20,000 nucleotides of DNA from an uncultured virus (IMG/VR IMGVR_UViG_3300016457_001349) (IMGVR_UViG_3300016457_001349); one strand, 5' to 3'. Shown: positions 1 to 9,263, counted from the first letter of the stretch. Translations and numbers: made by a program. The notes: generated by a model from the sequence alone, not told the origin.

Positions 1-1
1 A

Positions 2-187
2 AGAAATCGCAAAAACACTTGAATAGACCCATACATAGTTTTTATATAGTTCAAGGTAATCAGTCATTGCAGGGTCTTTACTTTTCTTAAATTCTTCCTC
101 CTCAGCCTCAAGAGGAATGCCCCTTATTGATTTTTGTAATTTCTTATAAACTTTAAATTTAACTTTTTCAAGGAGATTCATAAACAT
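2..187 (-). CDS. Probable phage portal protein, N-terminal part (runs off window)
   Basis: ATG at 187 with GAGG upstream. Manual translation MFMNLLEKVK...YLELYKNYVWVYSSVFAIS resembles the Y..N..VY..V..I N-terminal helix of portals. Lies directly downstream of TerL. Confidence 0.65.
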   Translation of the reverse strand, partial: MFMNLLEKVKFKVYKKLQKSIRGIPLEAEEEEFKKSKDPAMTDYLELYKNYVWVYSSVFAIS

Positions 188-194
188 CCTCTCT

Positions 195-1619
195 TTAAAG
201 TAAAATTATTCTAGGTTGTTTTCCATATTTCTTGATTCCTCTCCAAGCCAGCCAGGAGGCCATAAGAACGTCACAGGTTCCAATTGGATATTCCAAATAA
301 TCCTTTCTCCAAAGACAAAATGAGCAATTGCAATTCGCAAAATGATCCTTAATCGGAACCCAGAATTTTCCCAAGGCAATGTCTTCGCCCATCGCAGCCA
401 TTCCGAGGGTTGGGTCGTTAAGAGCTTTAGGTGTTGTATCTAAACCGAGAACCTCGGCTGAGAGTCTTTCTTCCTGAAGAATTTCAACCAAACTTCTTTG
501 ATAGGCATTAGATTCTATTATGATCATTTGAGGCGATCTTTCTTTAACCAGCCTCAAAATTCTAGATTTCACCTGGGGCGAAGTAGTTCTAAACTTTTCA
601 ACTTTTTCAAATACGAAATAATCTTCTCCTTTCCATTCGCCTAGCCCCATCAGAAATAGACAAGTAAAGTTTTTTCCCCTCTTAGAAGATCCGGGATCTA
701 TCCCAAGGCATCTTGCATGAATAACCCCAGGAAATTCCTGTGCCCTCAAAGAGTTCTGAAGCGATTCTTCACTGAATGGAGTTTCCTCCTCTGACATCGG
801 TTTAAGTTGATATGCCCTTGCATACGCTCTAGGCGATTCGAGGTATCTTTGTTCTAGTTGTTTCGAACTCATTCTCTCTGGCCAAATAGAATGAAAATTG
901 GGTGGCCCACCACAAGGATATCTCACAACCTCAAAGACACCTTGTTTTTTCAAAAATGCAGTAAGATCTAAAAGATGCCAGGGCGTACAAATATATACTC
1001 TTCGTCCCCAGGGCTCCAATATAGGAGTCCATACTTCTTGAAAGGCAGTGATGACTGATTCTCGCATAGAGGGCTGGGTCACGGAATTCCTGAGATCGCA
1101 AACATCATCAAAAACCAAAATATCGGCTCGCCCTCCGACGGCAGAACTTAAAATGCCTTGCGCCTCAACCGAGGCATCCTTAGAAATTTTTTCTCTTTCT
1201 AAATAAAATTTATGTTTTGAAGGTTCCCTGTCAAATTTTAGATGCGGAAAAACCTTTTTTATTTTCTCATTAAAAAGTAAATGAGAAATCATCTCCGAAA
1301 CTTTCTCGGAGCTTTTGTCATCGTTTTGAGAAATATATTTAATTCTTAAATTAGGATTTCGTCCCAGTTCCCAAATAATTCTTCGGATTACTTGTGAAGT
1401 TTTCCCAAATCCTCTAGGGGCCTCAATAAGGATATCTTTATGTTCAGAAATTTTTTCCTGAATGTCGTTATGAAAAGGTGCATTCTTTTCTTCGAAGGCG
1501 TACTGAGAAAATATAGCTGGATTTTTTCTAGAAAGACGGAGTAATTTTTCTTCTTTGAGTCTAAGCAATTTCAATTTTGCTTTAGACTCATCAAAGTCCT
1601 CTCTTTTTTTTGGCCTCAT
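195..1619 (-). CDS. terL: Phage terminase large subunit
   Basis: Walker A APRGFGKTS, Walker B GGRADILVFDD, coupling motif ICTPWH, nuclease motifs LGIDPG, IESNAYQ and DVLMA. Confidence 0.93.
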   Translation of the reverse strand: MRPKKREDFDESKAKLKLLRLKEEKLLRLSRKNPAIFSQYAFEEKNAPFHNDIQEKISEHKDILIEAPRGFGKTSQVIRRIIWELGRNPNLRIKYISQNDDKSSEKVSEMISHLLFNEKIKKVFPHLKFDREPSKHKFYLEREKISKDASVEAQGILSSAVGGRADILVFDDVCDLRNSVTQPSMRESVITAFQEVWTPILEPWGRRVYICTPWHLLDLTAFLKKQGVFEVVRYPCGGPPNFHSIWPERMSSKQLEQRYLESPRAYARAYQLKPMSEEETPFSEESLQNSLRAQEFPGVIHARCLGIDPGSSKRGKNFTCLFLMGLGEWKGEDYFVFEKVEKFRTTSPQVKSRILRLVKERSPQMIIIESNAYQRSLVEILQEERLSAEVLGLDTTPKALNDPTLGMAAMGEDIALGKFWVPIKDHFANCNCSFCLWRKDYLEYPIGTCDVLMASWLAWRGIKKYGKQPRIILL

Positions 1620-1840
1620 TTTGAATTGAATTTAGTTATTTCTTTTTCAATATTAGAGAGTCTCAAACTTTGCAAGGCTATTTTCTTATCTAAATTATTA
1701 AATTTCCTATCTAAATTTTCTACTTTAGCCTCAATGTTATTAAAAGACTCTCGAAAGGGTTTTAGATATACTGAAACAACCCCAATTACGGCTAATATAC
1801 AGGATAGTGCTGTTCCAACTGGTAAAAAAATTTCCATCAT
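1616..1840 (-). CDS. Small membrane protein (single TM plus coiled coil, holin/XhlA-like)
   Basis: Hydrophobic N-terminus followed by heptad-like helix; GAGGAG RBS; ATGA overlap with terL. Confidence 0.6.
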   Translation of the reverse strand: MMEIFLPVGTALSCILAVIGVVSVYLKPFRESFNNIEAKVENLDRKFNNLDKKIALQSLRLSNIEKEITKFNSK

Positions 1841-1957
1841 GGGCCTCTCCTCTAGAAAAATAATAATAACCCTACTTTAAATATAGTATTTTTCTTTAAA
1901 AATTCAACACCTTTTTTCATAATTAGTTTCGCTTCATCCGGTCCCAGTATAAGCATA

Positions 1958-2758
1958 TTAACTTATAAATTTTCTCAAACCCTCCCAATCTTTGTCTCTT
2001 ATAGTTCGAAGTTTATTCGAGTAATCGAAGCTTACCCAATAGCCGCCTATATGCGATTCAACAAATTCCTTTTTCAGTTTCACCCTTACGAATTCAAGCT
2101 CGAGTTGTGATGGCGCAATTCCAAACCTCTTTCTAGCGAGTCGCTTTGCCGCAATCAAGGCGGTGCCTCTTTGTAAAAATGGATCTAAAATTCTATCTCC
2201 CCGTTCTGTTGTCATCAAAATCATTCTTTCCAAGAGAACTCTAGATATTCTAAAGTAAGTTCTCTTCCCCCAGACTTTAAACGGCTCACCCGGAATATCA
2301 GACCAAACCTCCGACACAAGAGGACCAAATTCATGTCTTTCTTCTTCCGCCGATGCTCCTTCTAGCGAATCCGGTCCGTGTGGTCTTCTTAATAAAAATT
2401 TTTTAAATTCTTTTTGCTTTACTAAATGGAGAATCCCGGAATGTGTTTTTAAAAGCGGTTTTGGTTTCTTCCCGGCCAGAAGTATATCCCAAACTATCCA
2501 CGAGTTAAGCCGAAAACCCGATTCTTGAAGAACCGGAAAAACCTTTAACAACCAATATGGCGTACCGTAGAAAAAGAGCGAACCCTTTCTGTTTAATATC
2601 CTATACACCTCACGCGCCCAATCCGAAAAGAAACGCAAGTTTTCTTTCTCAGACTTCTTCAACACAAAATGAGAAGGCGGATTGGCAAAAACCATATCAA
2701 ACACACCCGGAGGAAACTTTTTCAGTTCTTCAATATAATCACCTGATACTAAATCCAT
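1958..2758 (-). CDS. Beta-class N4/N6 DNA methyltransferase homolog with degenerate catalytic and SAM motifs
   Basis: Family layout is clear (GD..E.LK, DMVFANPP, WIVW, VW.DIP, LLERMILMTT..GD.ILDPF). Motif IV reads NPPS instead of (D/N/S)PPY and motif I reads DPFLQRGT instead of DPFxGxGT. Confidence 0.8.
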   Translation of the reverse strand: MDLVSGDYIEELKKFPPGVFDMVFANPPSHFVLKKSEKENLRFFSDWAREVYRILNRKGSLFFYGTPYWLLKVFPVLQESGFRLNSWIVWDILLAGKKPKPLLKTHSGILHLVKQKEFKKFLLRRPHGPDSLEGASAEEERHEFGPLVSEVWSDIPGEPFKVWGKRTYFRISRVLLERMILMTTERGDRILDPFLQRGTALIAAKRLARKRFGIAPSQLELEFVRVKLKKEFVESHIGGYWVSFDYSNKLRTIRDKDWEGLRKFIS

Positions 2759-2777
2759 TTTTTTTAAAATGAATATT

Positions 2778-3149
2778 TTAATAAAGGTTTGAATAATTAT
2801 TCATTGTTTTATATCCTTTGGCTTTCTTTAGCAATTCATCAATGGTATGCACTATTGGAATTCCAAGTTTTTTAGCTAATTTCATTTCTTGTTTTACGCC
2901 AGGTGATAGATCGATCACGTATAGAATATCAGAGACTCTGAGCCATTCTATACCATTATGAAAATAGTCTGAGTAGTCAAATTTGCCGTCAATGAGACCC
3001 AGAAGAAAATCTTGTCCTGGAACAAAGACTGCAAACCCTAGTCTTCTAATGTCTTTGGCGACTCTCAGCATTCTAGAGAGATTTTCGATATACGATGGGG
3101 CATCTGGCCCATTAAGCGGTCCTGCAACATAGACTTTTATTACTCCCAT
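2778..3149 (-). CDS. Nucleoside 2-deoxyribosyltransferase-like (DUF4406/DUF1937-like) phage protein
   Basis: KVYVAGP...GFAVFVP...SDILYV...SPGVKQEMKLA..LGIP pattern; GGAGG RBS. Confidence 0.7.
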   Translation of the reverse strand: MGVIKVYVAGPLNGPDAPSYIENLSRMLRVAKDIRRLGFAVFVPGQDFLLGLIDGKFDYSDYFHNGIEWLRVSDILYVIDLSPGVKQEMKLAKKLGIPIVHTIDELLKKAKGYKTMNNYSNLY

Positions 3150-3207
3150 TTGATTCGCCTCCTTTTGTTTTTTCGTCTCAGGCTCTGTTTAAATTTTTTA
3201 GGTATTT

Positions 3208-3432
3208 TTAATTCTCGGATTCATTTTTTTCGTTTTCTTTAAGGTATTTGAAGAATTTTGCACTGTAAGTTATGGAATCCATTAACAGAACAAAATTCAA
3301 GCACAAGAACATGACCACAACAGGAAAGGCGGAGAGCCATTTCCACCAGGGAAGAATATTGAAAGCCCAATTAACGAGCACATACAGTATTAAGAAAATA
3401 GACAAAGCAAAAATACAAAATATTGCACGCAT
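3208..3432 (-). CDS. Small two-TM membrane protein
   Basis: Start revised to 3432 (AGGAGGA at 3437-3443); two hydrophobic segments. Confidence 0.6.
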   Translation of the reverse strand: MRAIFCIFALSIFLILYVLVNWAFNILPWWKWLSAFPVVVMFLCLNFVLLMDSITYSAKFFKYLKENEKNESEN

Positions 3433-3448
3433 TAGATCCTCCTTTTTT

Positions 3449-4468
3449 TTAAAATAATGTTTCAAGATAGGGTTTCAGTAGCTTTTTAGCAATTTTCATA
3501 TAGTCAGGATTAAGTTCAATTCCTATAAATCGTCTCCCGGCTCTCAGGGCCACCATCCCAGTTCGTCCAGAGCCCATAAAAGGATCAAGAACGACACCTT
3601 TCTCAAATCCCTTGCCGCAGCCACAATCAGTCCATCCAACAGTTTTTATACCGTCCCCTCCATAATTTTTCTCATCATATTTTTCAACTTCCTTTTTAGT
3701 CGCTCGTCTATCCGGTGCGATAATTTTTCCTTCTTTTACTTCCTTGACCCTGCGATTAAAGGCGTTGGGACTTTTGCCTTTCAAAATTCTTCGGCGTGGT
3801 TCACCGCATTCAGGACATATCCATTCAGGGCACCCAGCCAAAACGAGCGGTTCAACTAGTTTCGTACTAAAAGTCGCGAAGTGAGCCCCTGGAAACGGTT
3901 GGATTGGAATCGTCCAGACATCGCCTGGGTCTTTTCGCAAATCAGCTCCTTTCGCAGAGTGGTCTGAATTTTTAAGTGGTATTTTCACCGCCTCCAAATC
4001 AAACCAATATTTATCGTTTTTAACTAACATAAAGACTGGCTCATAGAGATGAGAAAAAGATCTTTTAAAAGAAGAGGAAAGCGTATTAGGTTTGTGCCAA
4101 ACAATAGGACCTTTAGTCGGCGCCTTCCATCCTTGTTCATCGATCATTCTAATTACAAATCTGTAATTCTGAAAAGTGTCGCAAAGTTTAATTTTATTAG
4201 TGTCATGGTTCCAGAACATCACGCCGGTATATTTTAGGACTCTTTTCAACTCAGCCGTAATTGCAAGTAGGCGTTCTAGGTATTCATCGAGCGTTTTTTC
4301 AAGTCCTATTTCCTTTAATTTATCCGGATGATCATCTGGCAAATAGGATCTAAGTTTCCAGTATGGTGGGGAAGTGATGATACAATCCACACTCTCATCC
4401 GGCATTTTTTTCAGTTCTTCGAGCGTATCGCCTAAAATCAATTTCGCTTTATAAGATGATGGAATCAT
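3449..4468 (-). CDS. Beta-class DNA methyltransferase, probably N4-cytosine
   Basis: Intact TSPPY motif [17 protein letters not shown] motif I and GIELN. Carries a CPECG...CGC insert before motif I. Confidence 0.92.
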   Translation of the reverse strand: MIPSSYKAKLILGDTLEELKKMPDESVDCIITSPPYWKLRSYLPDDHPDKLKEIGLEKTLDEYLERLLAITAELKRVLKYTGVMFWNHDTNKIKLCDTFQNYRFVIRMIDEQGWKAPTKGPIVWHKPNTLSSSFKRSFSHLYEPVFMLVKNDKYWFDLEAVKIPLKNSDHSAKGADLRKDPGDVWTIPIQPFPGAHFATFSTKLVEPLVLAGCPEWICPECGEPRRRILKGKSPNAFNRRVKEVKEGKIIAPDRRATKKEVEKYDEKNYGGDGIKTVGWTDCGCGKGFEKGVVLDPFMGSGRTGMVALRAGRRFIGIELNPDYMKIAKKLLKPYLETLF

Positions 4469-4946
4469 TAAAAACCTCTTCTAGATAAGAATAAGTTCTA
4501 GTCTTATCAGATCCAAATAAAATTTTAAAGATGGCCTCAACGAGACAGCGGGCCCTCTCATATTTGTAGGGCGGTAATTTTCGTTTCCATGATTTATCTA
4601 TTAGGATGGTTCTAAGATGTAATCGAATCATGGGTTCCATATCGGAGTCTATTACATTTCCTAGAACAACCACCTCTGAGGCAACTGATTTAGTATCATT
4701 GATGGCTCTAATATAGTCTTCATCGGTTATAGAGTCCAAAAAATAGATTTTAGAAAAATATTTCTTAATCGGTTTAATGACTTTTCGTTTTATTTTCTTA
4801 TTTAGAAACAGAACAAGAGTATAGTTTTTAGAAAGTATTTCAAGACAGGGTATAACATTATTACGTAGTTTAAGTTTAGAAAAACCTAAAATATTCCGAT
4901 CTTCTTTCCAGAGAGTATTTACACCTTCAATTATGATAGTACTCAT
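4449..4946 (-). CDS. HAD-superfamily-like protein with degenerate motifs
   Basis: [10 protein letters not shown] resembles HAD motif I (DxDxTL) and [12 protein letters not shown]...LRTILID resembles motif IV (VGDxxxxD...G..TI); the catalytic Asp residues are replaced. Confidence 0.55.
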   Translation of the reverse strand: MSTIIIEGVNTLWKEDRNILGFSKLKLRNNVIPCLEILSKNYTLVLFLNKKIKRKVIKPIKKYFSKIYFLDSITDEDYIRAINDTKSVASEVVVLGNVIDSDMEPMIRLHLRTILIDKSWKRKLPPYKYERARCLVEAIFKILFGSDKTRTYSYLEEVFNDSIIL

Positions 4947-5169
4947 TAAGAGCCCTCCTTAAATTTAGCCATTCCTCCTTATCTATCTTGCTTCCTAATC
5001 CATTCTCCGACTCAGCCTTAGTAATCTCATCAATAATATTTCCGATAGCCACAAAAGAGAGGCTTTCCATTTTCTTTCTTATATAGTTGGATACAACTCC
5101 CACTATGTAGCTTCGTCTTCCCAGGGCATATCTAAGTGCGCAGAGAAGAATCAATTCCTCATCATTCAT
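4927..5169 (-). CDS. Hypothetical phage protein
   Basis: 80 aa with ALRYALGRRSY motif; AGGAGG RBS; tightly packed with neighbours. Confidence 0.65.
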   Translation of the reverse strand: MNDEELILLCALRYALGRRSYIVGVVSNYIRKKMESLSFVAIGNIIDEITKAESENGLGSKIDKEEWLNLRRALNEYYHN

Positions 5170-5414
5170 TAAACTTTCCTCCTTAGTTTTAGTCTTAGAT
5201 TCAAATTTTTAAAAAAACTCTCAGCCTCTTTGTAGTTATCAGCACATTCTAGGCAGAGATACTCAAATTTATCGCCTACCTTTCCGACCCAGGCATGTTC
5301 ATATTCAAGAGGCTTCAAGCACCGCGAACAAAAAGCGGGCAAAAAAACTATATTAATATAGATCTCGCCAGTCTTATATTTTTTTCGTAGTTTTTTTAGT
5401 TCATTTTTATCCAT
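5169..5414 (-). CDS. Small zinc-finger-like protein
   Basis: CSRC...CLEC pair; start revised to MDKNELK (5414), just after the stop of the upstream gene. Confidence 0.55.
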   Translation of the reverse strand: MDKNELKKLRKKYKTGEIYINIVFLPAFCSRCLKPLEYEHAWVGKVGDKFEYLCLECADNYKEAESFFKNLNLRLKLRRKV

Positions 5415-5415
5415 T

Positions 5416-5799
5416 TTACCAAATAAATTTTTTAGCCATTTTAACCAGCCAGAGAAAAACTTCATCCTTAATTTTTTCTTTTGGGTCAAGCTCATCAAAT
5501 GGTACTAAGTCCGGGTGGATTCTTTTTACAGGATCATAGACCTTGCCATATTTCCATCCCATTTCTAGGTATTTACGAACCCAACTATCATGTGCTTTCT
5601 CGGGATCGGCAAATTTTCGTTTACCAGAACAAAGATCACGAACCAATTCTACGAACTGATTTTTAAAGTCATCCTCTCTGAGTTCCCAAGGAGCTGGTCT
5701 AACAGGACATTCAAGAGCTATGGCATGAAGCCTTGCCCCTTCATAAACAAATCTAGCTCTTCTTAGGTCTAAGTTTTTTCTTATGTTTAAGTTTTTCAT
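5416..5799 (-). CDS. RyR (ryanodine receptor repeat) domain protein
   Basis: HDSW...GWKYG..YD...RIHPDLVPFDELD..EK.KD signature of the RyR domain. Confidence 0.85.
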   Translation of the reverse strand: MKNLNIRKNLDLRRARFVYEGARLHAIALECPVRPAPWELREDDFKNQFVELVRDLCSGKRKFADPEKAHDSWVRKYLEMGWKYGKVYDPVKRIHPDLVPFDELDPKEKIKDEVFLWLVKMAKKFIW

Positions 5800-5803
5800 T
5801 TTT

Positions 5804-5944
5804 TTATCCCCATTTAAAAAATTTTAAGTAATAGTAAATTGCTTGAATTGATAGCATTAATAATACTCCGCTATATAGAAGAAAGCAAAACAACCGATCT
5901 CTTCGTTTCCATTTTATCTCGTCATCGTTTTTATTGCTTTTCAT
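5804..5944 (-). CDS. 46 aa single-TM protein (below ORF-track cutoff)
   Basis: Manual translation MKSNKNDDEIKWKRRDRLFCFLLYSGVLLMLSIQAIYYYLKFFKWG; AGGGG RBS; fills the gap between neighbours. Confidence 0.55.
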   Translation of the reverse strand: MKSNKNDDEIKWKRRDRLFCFLLYSGVLLMLSIQAIYYYLKFFKWG

Positions 5945-5956
5945 TTTCTTATCCCC

Positions 5957-6139
5957 TTACTTAGATTCAAGTATGAATTTCAGTGTATCGGCAATAGCTG
6001 CAATCGCGGCGCCATGGTTTCCAAAGTATTCAGCAACGGTTCTGCCGTTAAATTCCTTGCCGTCAAATTCTCTGGCATCGTTTCGCATATCTTCAATTAT
6101 CATATTCATCCTTTTTATATGCATCTCATTATTTTGCAT
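5957..6139 (-). CDS. Hypothetical phage protein
   Basis: 60 aa ORF with AGGAG RBS, co-oriented and packed. Confidence 0.55.
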   Translation of the reverse strand: MQNNEMHIKRMNMIIEDMRNDAREFDGKEFNGRTVAEYFGNHGAAIAAIADTLKFILESK

Positions 6140-6440
6140 TTTTTAAAGTCTCCTTTTTAGTTATGCTAATTGCCTTGATAGGAACGTTAGTTAGATATTG
6201 TAAAAGCATCTCAGCATCATCTATTAAAAAACCTTTAATCCCCTTTCCATAGTATTTTTTACTGATAAATTCATGGTAGGTCAATGGATAGGAAATAGAA
6301 AGATTGTGTTTTTTAGCCAAATTAAATATATAATCGACAGTTTTCATGTCACGGGCTACAATATCAAAATTGTTTTCACTTGCCATTCTAATAAGGTCAA
6401 GAGTTTTGCCCTTTCCACGTCCCTTATAAATAATTTCCAT
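6129..6440 (-). CDS. Minimal P-loop-like phage protein
   Basis: GRGKGKT and FLIDDAE motifs in only ~103 aa; start revised to 6440 (AGGAGG). Confidence 0.6.
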   Translation of the reverse strand: MEIIYKGRGKGKTLDLIRMASENNFDIVARDMKTVDYIFNLAKKHNLSISYPLTYHEFISKKYYGKGIKGFLIDDAEMLLQYLTNVPIKAISITKKETLKNAK

Positions 6441-6454
6441 AATGCCTCCTTTTA

Positions 6455-6721
6455 TCAAGGTATTTTTAGTTGTTTGGGCTCAAGTTTAAAAATATTCTCG
6501 TCTCTAAGCTTGGGGTTACCACATATAAAATTAGGGCAGCGCGTCATAGCAAAGGCAATTCCATAAATCTGACAAAGCTCAAAAGCTTTTTTAGCTATTT
6601 CACAATCATATAATAATGCACAGTTAAGACAAAGACACTGTGATTTTCGCAACTCATCCATCTCAATATGTTGCCAAACTTTTCTTCCATATTTTTCTAT
6701 GTCTCTTACTCTGAATCTCAT
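6455..6721 (-). CDS. Cys-rich hypothetical protein
   Basis: CLCLNC...C...C...CP pattern; overlaps neighbouring start/stop codons. Confidence 0.6.
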   Translation of the reverse strand: MRFRVRDIEKYGRKVWQHIEMDELRKSQCLCLNCALLYDCEIAKKAFELCQIYGIAFAMTRCPNFICGNPKLRDENIFKLEPKQLKIP

Positions 6722-7044
6722 TTTTTCCTCTTTGATTTATATCTTATTCTCCATCCAAAACTTAAGTAAAAGAAGTGGTCAGCCTCAGGGCTTAAATCTA
6801 CAAACATCACATCCAACTCATAGTGAAGTTTTATATAGTGAAAAATCATCACAGGTTTAGCGAATTGAAGCGGATTATAGTAAAAAGTCACCTCATGCGG
6901 TCTCCCTAAAAGCCCTATAACCTCCAGAGGTCTCATCCCTATATTTATTTTAGGGCATTTCTCAGTCTTGTCTGAGGTGTAATTTAAACAATTTAAAAAT
7001 AAAAGAAAAACAACCAAAACTGAAATTATTTTAAAATATTTCAT
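6718..7044 (-). CDS. Probable lipoprotein with SmpA/BamE-like motif
   Basis: MKYFK plus hydrophobic stretch ending FLNC (lipobox-like); IGMRPLEVIGLLGRP matches GM...EV...LG.P. Confidence 0.55.
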   Translation of the reverse strand: MKYFKIISVLVVFLLFLNCLNYTSDKTEKCPKINIGMRPLEVIGLLGRPHEVTFYYNPLQFAKPVMIFHYIKLHYELDVMFVDLSPEADHFFYLSFGWRIRYKSKRKK

Positions 7045-7046
7045 TC

Positions 7047-7412
7047 TTAAGCCTCCTTTCTAGGTCTCCCCCTTTTCCGCTTTACAGTCACTTCATTATT
7101 CTCCTCTCTCTCGGCCATTTTATCTAATTTTTGCTCCTGATTCATCCCCTTTAATCTCTCAGCTATTTTATCTAATTTCTGCTTTCGTTTCATCCCCTCC
7201 TTAAAAACACTTTCTAACATCCCGCACTTAATGCACTTTCTATCGCCAGTGAATCTTACCACCAGGGGATCGCAGCCGTGTCCTTCCACAAATTCCTTGT
7301 TGGGGTTTATCACTTTTTCAACCATTACCCCTATACTGAAATCATGCTCGCAATTTACTTCCCAGGGTTCCAAGATCTTGAAGGTCCTTATCCCTACTTT
7401 TATTGTTTTCAT
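7047..7412 (-). CDS. Hypothetical protein with Cys/His motifs and C-terminal AT-hook
   Basis: CEH...CIKC; duplicated QKLDK(I/M)AER; KRKRGRPRK tail; GGAGG RBS. Confidence 0.6.
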   Translation of the reverse strand: MKTIKVGIRTFKILEPWEVNCEHDFSIGVMVEKVINPNKEFVEGHGCDPLVVRFTGDRKCIKCGMLESVFKEGMKRKQKLDKIAERLKGMNQEQKLDKMAEREENNEVTVKRKRGRPRKEA

Positions 7413-7415
7413 TTC

Positions 7416-8000
7416 TTATCCTCCCTTTTTGAAGATTAAATGTAACATTCTTTCAAGTGTCCATGAAGCTCTATACTTCTCATCCTTTGTGATTTCTAAG
7501 ATTTTTTGATAAAACTCTAAATCATGGCTCAATAAAACTTCTCTACTCACAGCAAACTGCCCACCCCTGACGAACTCAAATCTTCCAGGGCTTTTTTCAC
7601 CAAATATCATCTCATAAACCTGCCCAACAGGAATGGGGTCTTTCCTGTGAAACGGAAACCCTCTATCATCACTTAAAGCTCTAATATGCCCCAGAGGATA
7701 AAAATCTGGGACTTCCTTATTTTTTATGATATTCTTTATCTTTACTATATTTTTCCCATGCCCAGGCCCATCAGGCGATCCCTGAACAAAGAAAGTAACC
7801 TTCGAGAAATAAGGATAAACATTTACTATGTGATAAAAATAGGTGTGAACATCCCTTCCAATATTTTCTAACTTGTGACTGAAATATCCTTTTCCTAAAT
7901 CTTTACCTTTATTATAAATGATATATGAAATCCCTAAATCTTTAACCCAACTTACATCTTCATTATATCTAGCTACCACTAAAAAATATGAAGGAGCCAT
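7416..8000 (-). CDS. DUF3431-like protein
   Basis: VVARYNEDVSW, YNKG, NIGRDVHTY..HI, FFVQG.P, GGQFAVSRE and LER motifs. Confidence 0.75.
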   Translation of the reverse strand: MAPSYFLVVARYNEDVSWVKDLGISYIIYNKGKDLGKGYFSHKLENIGRDVHTYFYHIVNVYPYFSKVTFFVQGSPDGPGHGKNIVKIKNIIKNKEVPDFYPLGHIRALSDDRGFPFHRKDPIPVGQVYEMIFGEKSPGRFEFVRGGQFAVSREVLLSHDLEFYQKILEITKDEKYRASWTLERMLHLIFKKGG

Positions 8001-8001
8001 T

Positions 8002-8217
8002 TTACACCTCTAACTCTTTGTTTATTTCTTTCTCTATTGCTAAATCTACTTTGTCTATCATTTTATTACTCTTTATCTTGGCCCAAATACTGTAAGGAAA
8101 TTCCAAGTTCCGATCACAATAAGTCACACTGAAAACATCCGCCCCGGCTCTCTCCATCCCCTGAGCAGTCTGAAAAGCCATGAACAAATCTCTGGCATGC
8201 CTGACCATTATTTCCAT
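8002..8217 (-). CDS. Hypothetical phage protein
   Basis: 71 aa, co-oriented and packed, GAGG upstream. Confidence 0.55.
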   Translation of the reverse strand: MEIMVRHARDLFMAFQTAQGMERAGADVFSVTYCDRNLEFPYSIWAKIKSNKMIDKVDLAIEKEINKELEV

Positions 8218-8235
8218 TTTCTTTTTTCCTCTTTT

Positions 8236-8718
8236 TTACCACCTGAATAAAACATTACACTTTTTATACTCAACAAAGGGTAAATATAAATTCACCAAAA
8301 GATGTGAAGAATACTTTTCAATATGCTCAACATCTATTTTGTGAGGCCAACGTGCTAACCCCACAATCTGCCTTTCGTGATCAAACCCTAATATAATATA
8401 AGGCTCACCCTTGTACTCTATTATGCTTAATACTCTACACCCTAAGAAGGATTCTTCAGAATCTACTTTTTCTACTATATTCTTTCTTATTCTTTTTTCT
8501 CTTTCTGTTTCAATTTGTCTTTCATCTTGTTTTTTGTCTAACCATTTTGCGAGTTTTTTTATACTTTCTACTTTGAAATAAGCCGACGAGAAATGTTCCC
8601 AATCATCTGTGTAAATGTTCCACCTTTCTGTGATGATCACTAAATTGTCATTCCCAAGCAACCGGGCCCATTGCCTCTCAATGTGATCTTCAGAAAGAAA
8701 AAGAATCTCATTTTTCAT
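8236..8718 (-). CDS. Hypothetical phage protein
   Basis: 160 aa ORF, AGGAGG RBS. Confidence 0.65.
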   Translation of the reverse strand: MKNEILFLSEDHIERQWARLLGNDNLVIITERWNIYTDDWEHFSSAYFKVESIKKLAKWLDKKQDERQIETEREKRIRKNIVEKVDSEESFLGCRVLSIIEYKGEPYIILGFDHERQIVGLARWPHKIDVEHIEKYSSHLLVNLYLPFVEYKKCNVLFRW

Positions 8719-8743
8719 TTTTAAAATGGCCTCCTTTTTGAGT

Positions 8744-8926
8744 TTAAGAAATGATTATTCTCGAAATGTAAGCATCCAATTCACAGGCAGAATCAGACAG
8801 ACGAGTGTAAACCCGCTTCCAGCGAGGATTTAACCCTTTTGTCATTGCCATCTCCTCAGCAGCATTCCCCAACGCTTGTAAGAACTTTCTGTCCTGTAAA
8901 TCTTCTTTTGTAATTTTATTTTTCAT
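8744..8926 (-). CDS. Hypothetical phage protein
   Basis: 60 aa ORF, AGGAG RBS about 6 nt upstream. Confidence 0.55.
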   Translation of the reverse strand: MKNKITKEDLQDRKFLQALGNAAEEMAMTKGLNPRWKRVYTRLSDSACELDAYISRIIIS

Positions 8927-9161
8927 GGTTTTCTCCTTTTTTTGAAGGTTTTAGTTTTTGGTGCTTTTTACTATTTAAACGATTGGGGTCCAGAAAAAGT
9001 TCCCCTAAAAAAATAAGGGGGTCCAAAAATTTTTTTATGTTATATAGTGGGGTACTAGAGTCGCCCCCAAAATAAAAAAGTTTAAGATTCTGAGAAGTTT
9101 TTTGGAAGTTCAAAACGTACCTTAAAAAAACTCAATCAAGCTAAAAACAAACAATAAAAAA

Positions 9162-9224
9162 ACCCCGGGCGCTGGTACCCGGGGCCTGGAACTGGAACCC
9201 CGGGGCGTGGTACCCGGGGCGGGT
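9162..9224. repeat. GC-rich repeat cluster A, 4 copies of (GG)(T/A)ACCC(C)GGG(G)C
   Basis: Copies near 9162, 9174, 9194 and 9209; same family as 10731-10812. Confidence 0.85.
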
Positions 9225-9225
9225 T

Positions 9226-9263
9226 AAAATAAAAATAGGGCGGGGTTAAAAATACCCCGCCCT
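9226..9263 (-). terminator. Intrinsic terminator
   Basis: Perfect 10-bp stem AGGGCGGGGT/ACCCCGCCCT (9237-9263) followed by ATTTTTATTTT on the minus strand, about 15 nt after the 9278 stop. Confidence 0.85.

Noticed and set aside
1958..4468. Restriction-modification system
   Set aside because: No recognisable endonuclease gene nearby; orphan MTases are common in phages.
8916..9113. 65 aa ORF
   Set aside because: No RBS, overlaps the RBS of 8744-8926 and crosses low-complexity promoter-like DNA.
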